Assembly (NCBI RefSeq): GCF_009914755.1
Contig: NC_060930.1
DNA length: 64,000 nucleotides
Source of the DNA: the human T2T-CHM13v2.0 reference genome, Homo sapiens
Strand: one strand, 5' to 3'
The notes under the pieces are model-generated. The model did not search any database. It was not told where the DNA came from and saw only the letters and a list, made by a program, of their open reading frames with translations. This document shows, one piece after another, positions 13,495 through 43,472 of the stretch; the stretch's first letter is position 1, and every line of letters starts with the position of its first letter. The translations under genes and the position numbers were made by a program.

Positions 13495-13890
13495 GGAAGG
13501 GCTAAAGGACTCAACAATGCAAACAACAGGGAGCCGCAGGAGTGGAAAGCCATCATGATTCGTAGGCCTGAGGAGGCGGGAGGTCAGAGGAGGGAATTAC
13601 TAGAGCCAGGTGCCAACTGAGGCTTAAGAGAGAATGCCTAACAGGAACTGCAGTCAGAGAAAAGCAGCCGCTGCTAGGAATGTGACCGTGCAGGGAGAGA
13701 AAATGAATACATCTCCTCATCTCTCTATCCTCCCACCGTCTCATCTCCTGCCAATGACTCCCATTGGAATAAGCCAATCGGAAGCCAGAGTCAAGACAAT
13801 CTGCAGAGGCTAGCTTCCTGGGGCAGAGAGTAGGATGTGGAAGAACAGAGAATAACTCCAATGGGTGATGGGGGACAAATGGAGGGCAAC
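13310..13890 (-). mobile_element. Old ERVL-type solo LTR (LTR33-like)
   Basis: ctcctgccaatgactcccattgg...ccaatcggaagccagag...ggggcagagagtagg...ggggacaaatggag resembles the LTR33 family. Subfamily uncertain. Confidence 0.5.
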
Positions 13891-15140
13891 CCACCCACCT
13901 AGGCTTAGCTCTCTGATACTGCGATTTTGTTAAATGCATGGTATCAGGACTTACTCCATTTTCGTGGGTTATATATGCCAGTGGCAGATGTCTTAAGGTT
14001 CTGAGTCGTTTCTTTGACTCTAGGTATGGCCCAGGAGTCTTCATTTCTACCAGAAAGAGGCAGTTTCACTGTTCCCTCTCCCCATTTCACAATGTATCCC
14101 TAACATCCAATTTTAAAATCCTCAGCTAGATGAGGAAAAACAAAATAATTGCTGTATTTTGCCTCTTTCTAGATTTCTAAGTATTAGTGACATTTCTAAA
14201 GATTTTGTCTACTCTATAGTTTGGTTAAAGGGAACAGAAAAGGAGAATAAACTTTAGGATCTGTGCTCTGCTGCTACACTCTACTCCATTTCAGGTTTTC
14301 TGATTTCTTTTCTTTAATAGTTTTGGATTGCCCCTTTTCTCATTTTGTTACAACTAAAGTAATTTCAATATTTTGTTAGATGCTGAAAATGTTCTTTAAT
14401 TCATTACCAGGTTGGTGAGAAATCCCACCAGTGTTTTTCTATGGATGAGCATCTGATAGACTGCTTTTCTTATTAATATTATAAAATAATATTATATAAT
14501 ATAATAAAATAATGTATGATATAATACTATCTCATACTAATATTATCAAAGCACTTCATAATGGTTTTTAATGTTTGCATAATATTCCTTTATATAGATT
14601 TATAAGTTTATTATCTACTATATTATTGTTTGACATCTATACTTTCCATATTCTTTTTTTTGCTACTCTGTATACAACTGCCATGAGCAGCCTTGTACGC
14701 TTTGCTTTTTTCTGTGCTTCCAGTTATTTCTGTATGACACAGTTCTAGTAGTGCTGCAAGTGCCGTAAAAGTTTGGCTTTACCTGGTTATTTAGAGTTCC
14801 TCACCCAGTTCTGTATATTTTCCTAGTTTCTTTATCCTGGCAGCCTCTGACAGTCAGATGAAATTCTCTCTTTGGCTTTTTGGTGAGTCACAACGTGGAT
14901 GAGTCTCAGGCACACCTTCACCAGGTGCCTGACACAGCTGCCGTCTGCACATGCTCATCCCTATTTACTGTTTACATTTCAGATGTGAGTCATCATCTAT
15001 TACCTGGCATCAATTGAAACCTGCATGCATAAAGGGGAAAGTGTCCAATGCAGAAGCTTTAGAGAAACTGGCCAATCCTCAGAGGAACCAATGAACATGA
15101 AAAAGTTTTTCTATTTTTTTTTTATTGTTATTATTATTAT

Positions 15141-15451
15141 TTTTTTTCATACAGGGTCTCACTCTGTCTCCCAGGCTGGAGTGTAGTGGCACAATCTTGG
15201 CTCACTGAAACTTCCGCTTCCTGAGCTCAACTGATCCTCCAGCCTCAGCCACCTGAATAGCTGGGATTACAGGCATGAACCACCATGCCTGGCTATTTTT
15301 TGTATTTTTCATAGAGACAGGGTTTTGCCATGTTGTCCAGGCTAATCTCGATGTTGTCCAGGCTGATCTCGAACTCCTGAGCTCAAAGTGATCTACCCAC
15401 CCCCACCTTCCAAAGTTCTGGGATTACAGGCATGAGCCACTGCACCCAGCC
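15141..15451 (-). mobile_element. AluJ with internal 21-bp tandem duplication
   Basis: Reverse Alu. atgttgtccaggct(a/g)atctcg occurs at 15330 and 15351. Confidence 0.9.
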
Positions 15452-15682
15452 AATTTACAGTTTAAAAAACTGGGATTCTGGGGAAAACTGAGGGCTTCCC
15501 CAAACATATGAGTAGGTAGCTCTGTGAGTATGGTTTGGAATATAGAGAGTGAGCCTGGTTGTCAAAAATTTGGTCTACTGACCTGAGGTAGTGCCTATAC
15601 TTCCTACTGCTGGAGAGGCTGCCTCTAGATAATCTCTTTTAAAATGTGCACTTGGGATAATGAAAACCACAACATCATTAAT

Positions 15683-15870
15683 CTTCTCCTTCCTCCTTCC
15701 TTCTTTCTTCCTCCTTCCTCCTTTTTCTTCTCTTTCTCCCTCTCCCTCTCCTTCTCCCTCCCCTTCCCCTTTCCCTTCCCCTCCTTCTCTTCCCTCCCTT
15801 CTTTCCTCCCTCCCTCCCTCCCTCCCTTCCTTCCTTTCCTCCTCCTCCTTCTTCTTCTTCTTCCTCCTCC

Positions 15871-15917
<47 letters not shown>

Positions 15918-15986
15918 TTCCTCCTCCTCCTCCTCTTCCTCCTCCTCCTTCCCTCCTCCTCCTATTCCTCCTCTTCTTCTTCTTCT
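15683..15986. repeat. About 300-bp polypyrimidine (CCT/CTT/CCCT)n low-complexity tract
   Basis: Almost purine-free on the + strand. Confidence 0.97.
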
Positions 15987-16039
15987 TGCTAGAGATGATG
16001 ACCAGCACTTTGCATGTCCAATGAGGACAGACAGGAGTA

Positions 16040-16230
16040 CCTGGAAAGTATGATAGAGTTCAAAGAGCCTTGGTCAGAAGTCAAAAGAGAACCTGGTTCT
16101 TCCAGTAACTTGAGGTGTGACCTTGAGAAAACCACTTAACATCTGAACCACAATTTCTTCTTTCATAAAAGAGGAAAAACTATACTTTCTATACCTACCT
16201 CACAAAACTATTATGATGTCAAGATGAAAG
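16040..16230 (+). mobile_element. MIR
   Basis: Core gtgtgaccttgagaaaaccacttaacatctgaaccacaatttc. Confidence 0.65.
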
Positions 16231-16636
16231 TTACACAAGCATAACCAATTTTACTGCACTTTGCTTTATTGCTATTCATAGATATTGCATTATTTTTATT
16301 TTTATTTTTTTACTAATTAAAGGTTTGTGGCAACCTTGCATTAAGCATGTCTACTGGTGTCATTTTTCCAACAGCATGGGCTCACTTAGTGTCTCTGTGT
16401 CACATTTAGGTAATTCTCATATTTCAAACTTTTTCATATTATGTCTGTTATGGTGATTTGTGAATAGTGATCTTTTATGTTACTATTATAATTGTTTTGG
16501 GGTGCCACAAACACCCATATTAGCTGATGAACTTAAGATCGTGTGTATTCTCCACCGACCAGCTATCTCTCACCCTATCCTGAGGCCTCCCTATTCCCCT
16601 GGGACACAACAATATTGAAATTAGGCCAACTAATAA

Positions 16637-16940
16637 CAATCCCACCAGTTGGCTGGGTCCAAGTAGGAGAAACGCAATCTCAATTTTGGGCTGTGTCAAG
16701 AAATAAAAGTCACGATCCCACCTGATGCCTTCCTATAGGCTCGAGAGACATAATGCTTTCTGTGACCCTTGTCTATGTATGAGATTCACAGTCTTACCTG
16801 TTGATTGGGTCCAGATATCAGAGTCAACATCTCTCCTGTTGGCTGGGTCCAGGTATAGGAATAACAATCTCACATTTGGGCTCGGCCCAGAAATGAGAAT
16901 CACAATCCCTCCTGTGGGATGGGTATTCCTATGGGAACAC
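16637..16940. repeat. Diverged 8 x 38-bp satellite-like array nested in Tigger1 (SATR1/SATR2-like)
   Basis: Unit starts at 16637, 16675, 16713, 16751, 16789, 16827, 16865 and 16903. Approximate consensus caatcycacctgttggctgggtccagrtatgagagtca. Confidence 0.8.
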
Positions 16941-18070
16941 TTCTAAGTGTGCAAATGAAAGGAAGTGTCGCTTGTCCTTCACTTTAAATCAAAAGCTAGA
17001 AAGGATTAAGCTTAATGAGGAAGACATATCGAAAGCTGAGATAGGCTGAAAGCTGGGCCTCTTGAGCCAAATAGTTAGCCAACTTGTAAATGCTAAGAAA
17101 ATATTCTTGGAGGAAATTGAAAGTGCTACTCTAGTGAACACATGAATGATAAGAATGAAAAACAGACTTACTGCTATGGAGAAAGTTTGAAAGGTCTAGA
17201 TAGAAGATCAAATCAGCCACAACATTCCCTTAAACCAAAGCCTAATCCAGAGCAAGGCTCAACTCTCTTCAATTCTGTGAAGTCTGAGAGATGTGAGGAA
17301 TCTGCAAAAGAGAAATTTGAAGCTAGCAGAGGTTGGTTCACGAGGTTTAAGGAAAGAATCATTTCCATACATAAAAATGCAAGGTAAAGCAGCAAGTGCT
17401 GATAGAGAAGCTGCAGCCAGTTAACCAGAAGATCTGGCTAAGATCACAGATGAAGGTGGCTGCACCAAACAATGGATTTTTAATGGAGACAAAAGAGCCT
17501 CCTGCTGGAAGATGACATCTTGGACTTTCATAGCTAGAGAGAATTCAGTGACTGGTTTCAAAACTTCAAAGGACAGGCTGACTCTCTTGTTGGGGGCTAA
17601 TGCAGTTTATAACTTTGCATAGAAGCCAATGCTCATTTAGCATTCTGAAAATCCTAGGGCCCTTAAGAATTATGTTAAATCTGCAGTGCTTGTGCTCTAT
17701 AATTATATGGAATAACAAAACCTGGATGATAGCACATCTGTTTATAGCATGGTTTATTGAATATTTAAGTCCACTGTTGAGATCTTCTGCTCAGACGAAA
17801 AGATTCCTTTCAAAATATTACAGCTCATAGCAATGAGCAATTCATCTGGTCACTCATAGAGCTCTGATGAAGACGTACAAGGAGATTAATGTTACTTTTG
17901 TGCCTGCTAACATAACATGCATTCTGTAGCCCAGGGATTAAGGAGTCATTTTGACTTTAAAGCCTTATTATTCAAGAAATGCATTTTGTAAGGCTATAGC
18001 TGCCATAGATAGTGACTCCGATGGATCTAGGAAAAGTAAATTGAAAACCTTCTGGAAAGGATTTGTCATT

Positions 18071-18362
18071 GTATTGTATTGTATTGTATTGTATTTTTGA
18101 GATGGAGTTTTGCTCTTGTCGCCCAGGCTGGGTGCAGTGGCGCAATCTGCCTCCCAGGCTCAAGTGATTTTCCTGCCTTAGCCTTCCAAGTACCTGGGAT
18201 TACAGGCACCCACAACCACACCCGGCTAATTTTTTTTTTTCCCAGGAGAGACAGGGTTTCACCATGTCGGCCAGGCTGATCTCAAACTCCTGACCTCTGG
18301 TGATCTGCCCGCTCGGCCTCCCAAAGTGCTGGGATTACAGGCATGAGCCACTGCACCCGGCA
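18071..18362 (-). mobile_element. AluS nested in Tigger1 with (ATTGT)n-derived tail
   Basis: TSD gatttgtcatt at 18060-18070 and 18363-18373. Confidence 0.92.
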
Positions 18363-19259
18363 GATTTGTCATTTTAGATGCCATTAAGAACATTCATGAT
18401 TCATGGGAGAAGGTCAAAATATCAACAGTAACTGGAATTTGAAATAAGTTGATTCCGACCCTCATGAATGACTTTGAGGGTTTAAGACTTCAGTGGAGGG
18501 AGTAACATGGTAAATGTGGTGAAAACAGCAAGAAAACTAGAATTAGAAGTGAAGCCTGAAGATGTGACTGAATTGCTGTGATCTCATGAAAAAACTTTAA
18601 TGGATGAGAAGTTGCATCTTATGGATCAGAAAAGGAAGCAGTTTCTTGAGGTAGAATCTACTCCTGGTGAAGATGCCATAAACATTGCTGAAATGACAAC
18701 AAAGGATTTAGAATATTATTAGTTAATAAAGCACCAGGAGGGTTTGAGAGGACTGACTCCAATTTTAAAAGAAGTTCTACTGCTATCAAACAACATAACG
18801 TGCTACAGAGAAATCTTTCATGAAAAGAAGAGTCAATCAATGTGGCAAACTTCACTGTGGTCGTATTTTAAGAAATTGCTTTAGCCGCCCCAGTCTTCAG
18901 CAATCGTCACTCTGATCAGTTAGCAGCCATCAACATTGAGGCAAGACTTTCCACCAGGACAATGTTTAGGACTTGCTGAAGGCTCAGATAATTGTTAACA
19001 TTTTTAGCAATAAAATATTTTTAATGAAGGTATGTACATTTTTTAGACATAATGCTATTATTGCACACTTAATAGACAACAGTATAGTGTACTCGCAACT
19101 TTTACATGCACTAGGGAACCAAAAAATTCTTTTGACTTGCTTTATTGCAATCTTATATTATTACGGTGGTCTGGAACTGAATTTACAATATCTCCTAGGT
19201 ATGCCAGTATGTGAAAATGCTCTGAAAAAATTAAACCCCATTCGAAGATCAGCTCTTTC

Positions 19260-19348
19260 ACCAAGATTGCGCCACTGCACTCCAGCCTGGGTGACAGAGC
19301 AAAACTCAGCCTCAAAACAAACAAACAAACAAACAAACAAACAAACCA
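19260..19348 (+). mobile_element. Severely 5'-truncated Alu with (CAAA)n tail
   Basis: Only the 3' end of the right arm is present. TSD aagat(c/g)agctctttc at 19245 and 19349. Confidence 0.88.
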
Positions 19349-22300
19349 AAGATGAGCTCTTTCTTATTTTGGAAAAGCCACATGACATACTTAAAAAAAA
19401 GTTACAGACCTGGGTTCAAATCCTAAAGAGTAAACAGACAATAACTGTTTGCTTCATTATTCTTTTCCCTTCCATAATGTCTGTATTCAGGCAGGAGGGA
19501 TGGATTGGTCATTAACTAAAGGGAAAGCAGTGGGATGGTTAATGACAGATGCTGTGGAATCTTCCATCCCTGAGATCATCTGAAGTGTATGCCTACAGTC
19601 TGTCTGGGAACTTCTACAGCACTTTGTGAAATCTCACTTGAAGTCTCAGTAATTCATTACAAAGCCTAATTATGCAAGTAGCAGCCGCAGACTGTCAGCT
19701 GACCAAGCTGGTGATTGAAATCCTTCTGGTTGGCTGATAAAGTTCTGTCTGGAGTTTTGTTTACCTTTTGGATTACTGTGATTTGTGATTTCTAGTTCAA
19801 TACTTTTTTTTTCTTAAGTCAGAGAAGAGGTTTTAAATTTTTTTTTCAAAATTGTCTTATAAAACTGCTTGTCTCCATTTCTGTGTGTGTGTGTTTCACA
19901 CACTTGCTGTGTGTGTGTGTGTTTCAGTCAAGCAATTTTTTTTTCTTTCTAAAGGAGCCAAACACCGAACATGTCCCAGCCTGCAGCTCACATGTTTTCC
20001 TTTTGCCTGTTTTGTCTTAACGTTAGGGAGCTGGGCCTGTGGTCAGTCAACTGTATGGCTTTTAGGTGCAGACATTCTATACAGAAACAGGAAGAGATAC
20101 TCTGAAATTAAATTGCTAACAAAGATGAGACTCATTTTGTGGAATCTGGAATTTTGGAATGCTTCCTGTCATGTTGATTCGACAGGCTTTGATTCTTAGA
20201 GTCTTACAGTCTCTAGGGAGAAAGCCCCAGTCCAAGTTCCCAGCCACCCCGGGTGTGCATCAGATCTCTCATACTGTGAATTCCCAGAGTTGTGAGGGGC
20301 CGCCAAAAAGATGCCATCCTTGTTCTAGCTGCTAGGACATTGCTGAGACATAAGGAGCTCATTTTTTGTTTGTTGAACAAACACATGGATTAACATCTTA
20401 AGTACCTTCTCTAGGTCTGGAAAGCAGAGAATGGGTTGGAGGGTTGGAAATGTTATTCCTTTGTAGATCCAAACATTCTACTAGTATACTTTGCTGTTCC
20501 CTTTTTTGTCCCCCTCCCCAGCCCCCGCTTTTTTTTTTTTTTTAAATAAGGGAGAGGGAAAATAGTTTCTTAATTTTTACTTTAAAAAAATTCTAATGCT
20601 TTTGTATTTGGCACATTTCACCTTAGGAAATTGCAATATTAATGAAATTGCTTTATTTATTTTAATATGAATCACACGAAGTGACTTATTTTTAGGTTGT
20701 ATGTTCTTGACAGGTAAGCCTTTTCTGAAATAAATGTCTATAATGAATTTTTTAGCTTAGGACATGTGAAACCAACATTTCAAACATTTGTTTGAGAGGC
20801 AAGAGTTATACTCCAGTTACCCCTGCTGACCCGGGGGAGGGAAGTCAGAACCACCAGACCCCTGTGGCTTTTCACAAGAAAATGAGGACAGAGGATCTGG
20901 CAGATAGGAGGTGGGTGGTCAAAAGATTAGAGTCACACTACTGTTTTGCCACTACACGCTTTTGCTTCTTTTAAACTTTCTGCTTCATGGAACTAGAAAA
21001 AAAGCTAATGACTATGGTTTAATGTCAACAACTCTGAAAGAAAAATAATTTCATTCAAACCCAGATTAAAACACACCACTTAATGTAAAGAGCAATCAGT
21101 TTTATCGGCTAAGTTTTTTAAAAGGTCAACTTTAAGAAATATTTCTTTCAGTTAAAAGAAATTAGATAAAGGTAAAAAATATGCTGAAAATTAAAATCAC
21201 ACTGTTGCTGAAATGTGGAAAAAGACAGCATGTCAGAGTTGTGGTCCTCAGTTATTTTATTTCAAGGTAGACTTGGGAAGTAAAGAAAATGTTCAAAACT
21301 TCTGGGCTCTGTGCAGCAACATAACTATCAAAAAAGGCCATACTACTGCAAAGTACAATGAAGGTCACTTCCACAGAGATCACAAAGCCCTCATTTGGAC
21401 ATAACAGAAATGTAATTTTAGTAATAATCAAAAGCATTTTTGATAAAAATTATAACAACTGTATTTAAAATGCAAAGCAAAATGACAATTTAATAAACAG
21501 ATTTTCAACATATTACATTAAAATTTTAAGCAAACAGAATGAGTTTCATCCTGATTTGCAGAACTCAGCTGATCATACACCTTCTTTTTAAAAAGATCTA
21601 CTTGAGCTTCTGTGCTGAGTAATGCTGACATTATGACAGTTTGTTGTCTTGTGTCATCCCCTAAATCATTTTTTAGAATTAGTTTTAGTTAAGAAAAAGA
21701 ACATTCTGTATGATGAGAATTTTGAAAGATAAAATCAACTTGATTCAGAAAAACGTGGAGTCATCTTTAGGTTTCATGAGCATTATGTCATCAAATTCAT
21801 CAATGGCTTTAATTTTTTCTAATTTTGATTATTTTGCCCAAAGCAGTAATTGCATTGGTGATGATTCTGATAGGTCAGTTTGATGATTTTTATACCATAA
21901 TTTTCATCTGTTTGATTAACTTAGGTAGGAATAAAGGATGAAAATATGGCTGGCAATTTTACTTGAAATTGTGTGTCCATCTGTGTTGCTACAAAATACA
22001 TGTAAAGTGATGATTAACAAAGTAGCCTCTTTGTGTGAGAAGTACAAATGTTTGGACAGCTGTATTAATAATAGGCTGAGATAGGCAATACAAAATATTT
22101 TAAATAATCATTGAATTTCAGTGGAATTTTAGCTAGGCAAGTATTTCAATGGAGGAAACGTGACTGGAAAATGAATTTTGCCTAGTCTTTAAAATAATGA
22201 CATTGTTTCCTATGGAATTATGCATGATTGGGCTAGAGTTCTTCTTGGCTAAAAATGGTCAAATACCAAATATAAACCATTGTGATTGCTTCTGGTCTTT

Positions 22301-23230
22301 GTTGATGACATTCAAGTCTTCTGAATCCTTTTATCTAAAAGTGAAGAGACAGCAAATAGCTTTCAAGAATGATCTCAACTCAAGATAAAAAATATTAACA
22401 TTATTAAAGTGTAATATTAAATTTCTTAGCTTAGGTGAGTCCTCTACAGAGCACAGACCTTGATGCAAATTATGAGCTCTTCCCACCCACCTCCCCTCCA
22501 TCTTTCCTCCCTACTTTCCTCTTTCTTTACTGAATATACTGTGTGCCAACCATGTATCAAGCACTGTTCTAGGTGTCAAGGAATCAGTTTAGTTTTGATA
22601 TCAGTTCTGGTAGAAATAACAATAACAGACCATGCTCAAGATCAGTTTTGAAGAAATCACAGATTACCTATGAACATATAGTTCCAGAGTTAGGTGGGAG
22701 TGAGGAATAATAGGCCAAGCCTCTTCAAAAGATATTTCTAGGCTGAGTTTGCCCATAGGAACCCCAGCTCATCTTCTACTGTAGCCATTCACAGATTTCT
22801 CAGCCCTGCCTAACCCAGAGACTGAATCATCATTCCTGCTCCCTGAATACAGGCTGTTATTTATTATATCCATGCAGGCAAGGTGAAATCTGGCAGGCAG
22901 TAGCTTCCTTTGGAGGGGTTCTCATGTTAGGAGTGACGTGCAAGCCAACAGCAGAGGGTGGGGGATATCTCAGCAATTGCCTGTGTCTCCCAATGCTGCC
23001 TGTGCTGTCACTGCAGCCTCCTAGAGAACGAAGTCAATGGGAGGCCACAGGACACTGCCTCTGGAGCAGAAAGGTCTGAGTAGACAGCACGGAAGAGGAA
23101 GACAGCCCAGTCTCATAGGTGAACTGACTGGGTCTGCAGTGGCATGGGACCTATGAAAGCTTCAAATTGGAGACATTTTGCCTTTTTATTTCTTTTTATA
23201 GAAACAAGAAAGTCAGCTGTGTGGAAGACA

Positions 23231-40344
<17,114 letters not shown>

Positions 40345-40368
<24 letters not shown>

Positions 40369-40404
40369 GTAGCCTCTGCAAAAAGGAGCTCCAGAATATC
40401 AGAG
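40345..40404 (+). CDS. ADGRF2: ADGRF2 helix-8/tail exon with in-frame TGA at 40366-40368 (IREALKG*VASAKRSSRISE)
   Basis: Acceptor tatccag, donor GAG|gtaaag, 60 nt, phase 0-0. DPK|IREAL is a typical helix-8 start. Confidence 0.85.
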
Positions 40405-41472
40405 GTAAAGCTTTCATATTCATTTTTGTATTTAAAAGTTTAACAAGATAACAATCTTGGAGTTTCTGGCATATGGAGTGTTGCTAACACTCTCACCTTA
40501 ACACTTTGCAGTGTGGATTTCCCAGAAGTGATGGGTGCCTCTTAAACAGTTGAGATTCTTTCTGGAATATGGGGATGCAAAGAGATGCAAGTGGAGTTAC
40601 ATGAATTTAGAGGAGAGTGACAAGGTGGCTGGCGTTGGAGGGTGAATCTCAAACCACATAGTAGGAGAGCAGGTGATGAAAGAAATGAGAGAATTCTTAG
40701 GTTCCCATGACATCTCACTTGTTCTCTATGACTCCAATCAGTTGGCCCACATCCAAAGTGTAAAAACTCCAGGGAAACAAATTCTGATCCTACACAAAGA
40801 ACTACTCAAGAGGGGCAAGCTGCCATGGTACTGAAGTGGCTTAAGTGGGCTTGGGGCCTGCACAGGGTTGCTGTAGAGAAGATTCAGTCATTGGACAGCA
40901 GGCTGGACTATAACAGGGTCGTTAACTTATCTTCTATTCCTGTGACTTAGAAACATTGTATTGTTATGCAAAGAATGAGGGCCATGAACTGTTTTGAGGG
41001 AGGGAAAAACTGCCGCTCAATTTTTTAAAAAACTTTTAAATGGCAGCAAAAGGAGATTCAGGGTTGGCCCAAGGAATACACCCACAACAAGCAAGGAGGT
41101 GATTTAGAGCCTCCCATGCCAGTGTCTGCTAGGGTCCACATCTCCTGTCATGGACTGGGGCTTCAGGGGATCTGCATGGAGAGAGGCTAATTGATGGGGC
41201 TGGGCACCCTGTGGCCCTGAGAGCAGTGTTGCCCCATCCTCGCTCTTTGCCTTCCCATTCTCTCTCTGTTGATTTCTTCAGCCCTCCTCTTCTCTTCTCT
41301 TTCTTCCCTCTCTTTTCCTGTTCCCTTTTGCCTTACTCTTACCTAACCTTTGGTCTTGTTTTTAGTCTTTGGTCTCCATACTTGGGAGTCTGCTGGTTTC
41401 TCTGTACCCTTTTCAGCTTTAAAAAAAAAAAGACCCAAAGTTTAATGCAAATGACATTAATAAATGTCTAAA

Positions 41473-41650
41473 GCAATGGTTCTCAACTTGGGCTACACAT
41501 TAAAATAAACTGGGAAGCTTCAAAAAATGGGGTTGCCTGGGTCACACCCCTGGAGATTCTCATTTGATTGGTCTGGAGTGTGGCTTGGATTTGGGGGTTT
41601 TGAAAGCTCCCCGGGTGATTCTAATGTACATTCAAGGTTGAGGGTCATTC
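41473..41650. mobile_element. MER5A-like element
   Basis: caatggttctcaacttggg...gattctcatttgattggtctggagtgtggc...ccccgggtgattctaatg. Confidence 0.7.
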
Positions 41651-42032
41651 ATCTAAAGACTCCCTGAAGTGTTCTGGCATTGAAAATATTTGTCTCCAAC
41701 AAGCATCCCTGATGTAAGTACTCTCCTCTTTCACTTTGGTCTGCCGTGGTGCTCTCAGGAGAGAGTCCTGACTCTCTCAATCCCTTCCAATTTAGCTTTG
41801 CTCCTTTCCTTACGTGTTTCAGAATTGATCCATTCAGGTCATCATAGAGAAATTCTGCTTTTCAGTGTCATAAAATCCTAGTAATTTCTTCCACTTCTCT
41901 TTGTGGTTTTATGTGACTGATAAGTCAAAATAATATCCAGCATTTTATGAGTAGTTGTCGATTGTCTGATTCAGTGGTGTTGTTGGCTGTACCTTAGAAA
42001 CACCTAAGAAGCTTTAAAAATATACCACTTCA

Positions 42033-42318
42033 GGGCATGGTGGCTCACGCCTATAATCCCAGCACTTTGGGAGGCTGAGGTGTGCAGATTGCCTGAGGTC
42101 AGGAGTTTGAGACCATCCTGGCTAACATGGTGAAACCCCATCTCTACTAAAAATACAAAAATTAGCCAGGTGTGGTGGTACATGCCTGTAGTCCCAGCTA
42201 CTCGGGAGGCTGAGGCAGGAGAATCACTTGAACTTGGGAGGTGGAGGAGTTGCAGTGAGCCCGAGATCACACCACTGCACTCCAGCCTGGGTGACAGAGG
42301 GAGATTCCGTCTAAAAAA
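42033..42318 (+). mobile_element. AluS inserted in a MER5-like element
   Basis: Full-length Alu followed by an A/(CA) tail. Confidence 0.93.
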
Positions 42319-43003
42319 ACACACACACACACTTTCCAGGCCGTACTCAAGAAAAATTAAATTAGAAACTCTTGGAGGTAGGGCCTAAGCATTCTTTAAA
42401 GCTCCACAGTGATTCTAACGTGCTATCTGGGTTAACAATCACTGGCCTAGGTACTAGGTAAATTTATCCTAATTTCTTGCACTTCTCCCTTCATTTCTTG
42501 CTCACTAACTTTAGGTCACTGCCTGCAATTAGTTTTATCAACCCTGCTCAGAGGACAGAAGTAGGTGTTTCATCTGTGCTCTTCTCTTCTGCTTTGTAGG
42601 CCTCTAATCCCTAGGTAGCAATCTTCTGTAGTCCAGATTCAACTCCCCTCCTCATGGCACCTGCTTGGGTAGTATCAGTCCTGCTTCCCAAACCCAGCAT
42701 AATAAATTTGCTTGTCTGTGTTCATTTTATATCTGAAGTGATGAATTAGCCTATGTTTATGTGGTAGTAATTCTACCAGTGAGTTAATGTATTACCTATC
42801 TTAGGCAACACATTTCTAAAAAACGAGGACATCCTCTGGACACAGGTGCATTACAAGGGGATGGCTTTAACGCTGAGGATTTCAGCAGACCAGCTGAGAA
42901 AGAGTTATTTGAGATCTTGGAGCCATTTTGCTGTCTCTCTCTCTCCATGCCACTCAATGTCTTCTCCACTGTCCAACACCCTCCCAAATTAGGGTCTCCT
43001 TCA

Positions 43004-43426
<423 letters not shown>

Positions 43427-43472
43427 CTAATAATGATATTTAATAAATGCAGTTTTACTTTGTCTTCAACAG

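Larger units (their letters stand above)
16236..19207 (+). mobile_element. Near full-length Tigger1 DNA transposon with decayed transposase and two nested insertions
   Basis: TIR-like ends caagcataacc and ggtatgccag|ta. Frameshifted transposase remnant EKFEASRGWFTRFKER near 17310-17355. Confidence 0.9.

Noticed and set aside
15625-16024. Pro-rich and Gly/Arg-rich ORFs of 110-127 aa
   Set aside because: Stop-free frames produced by the CCT/CTT low-complexity tract.
16637-16940. 38-bp periodic array as a CRISPR-like locus
   Set aside because: The units are diverged along their whole length, with no invariant repeat/unique spacer alternation. There are no cas genes and the context is a primate intron.
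17142-19515. ORFs within Tigger1 as a domesticated transposase
   Set aside because: The transposase motifs are scattered over frames with stops and interrupted by an Alu. The 180-aa ORF at 18973 is a chance join of the Tigger end and an Alu.
20800-22200. AT-rich stretch possibly from an ancient DNA transposon
   Set aside because: No termini or translatable motif could be identified by eye. It needs a Dfam search.
23144-23230. In-frame upstream ATG extending the ADGRF2 N-terminus (MGPMKASNW...)
   Set aside because: It lies upstream of a strong acceptor at 23201 and runs through the pyrimidine tract, so it is most likely intronic. It would also bury the signal peptide.
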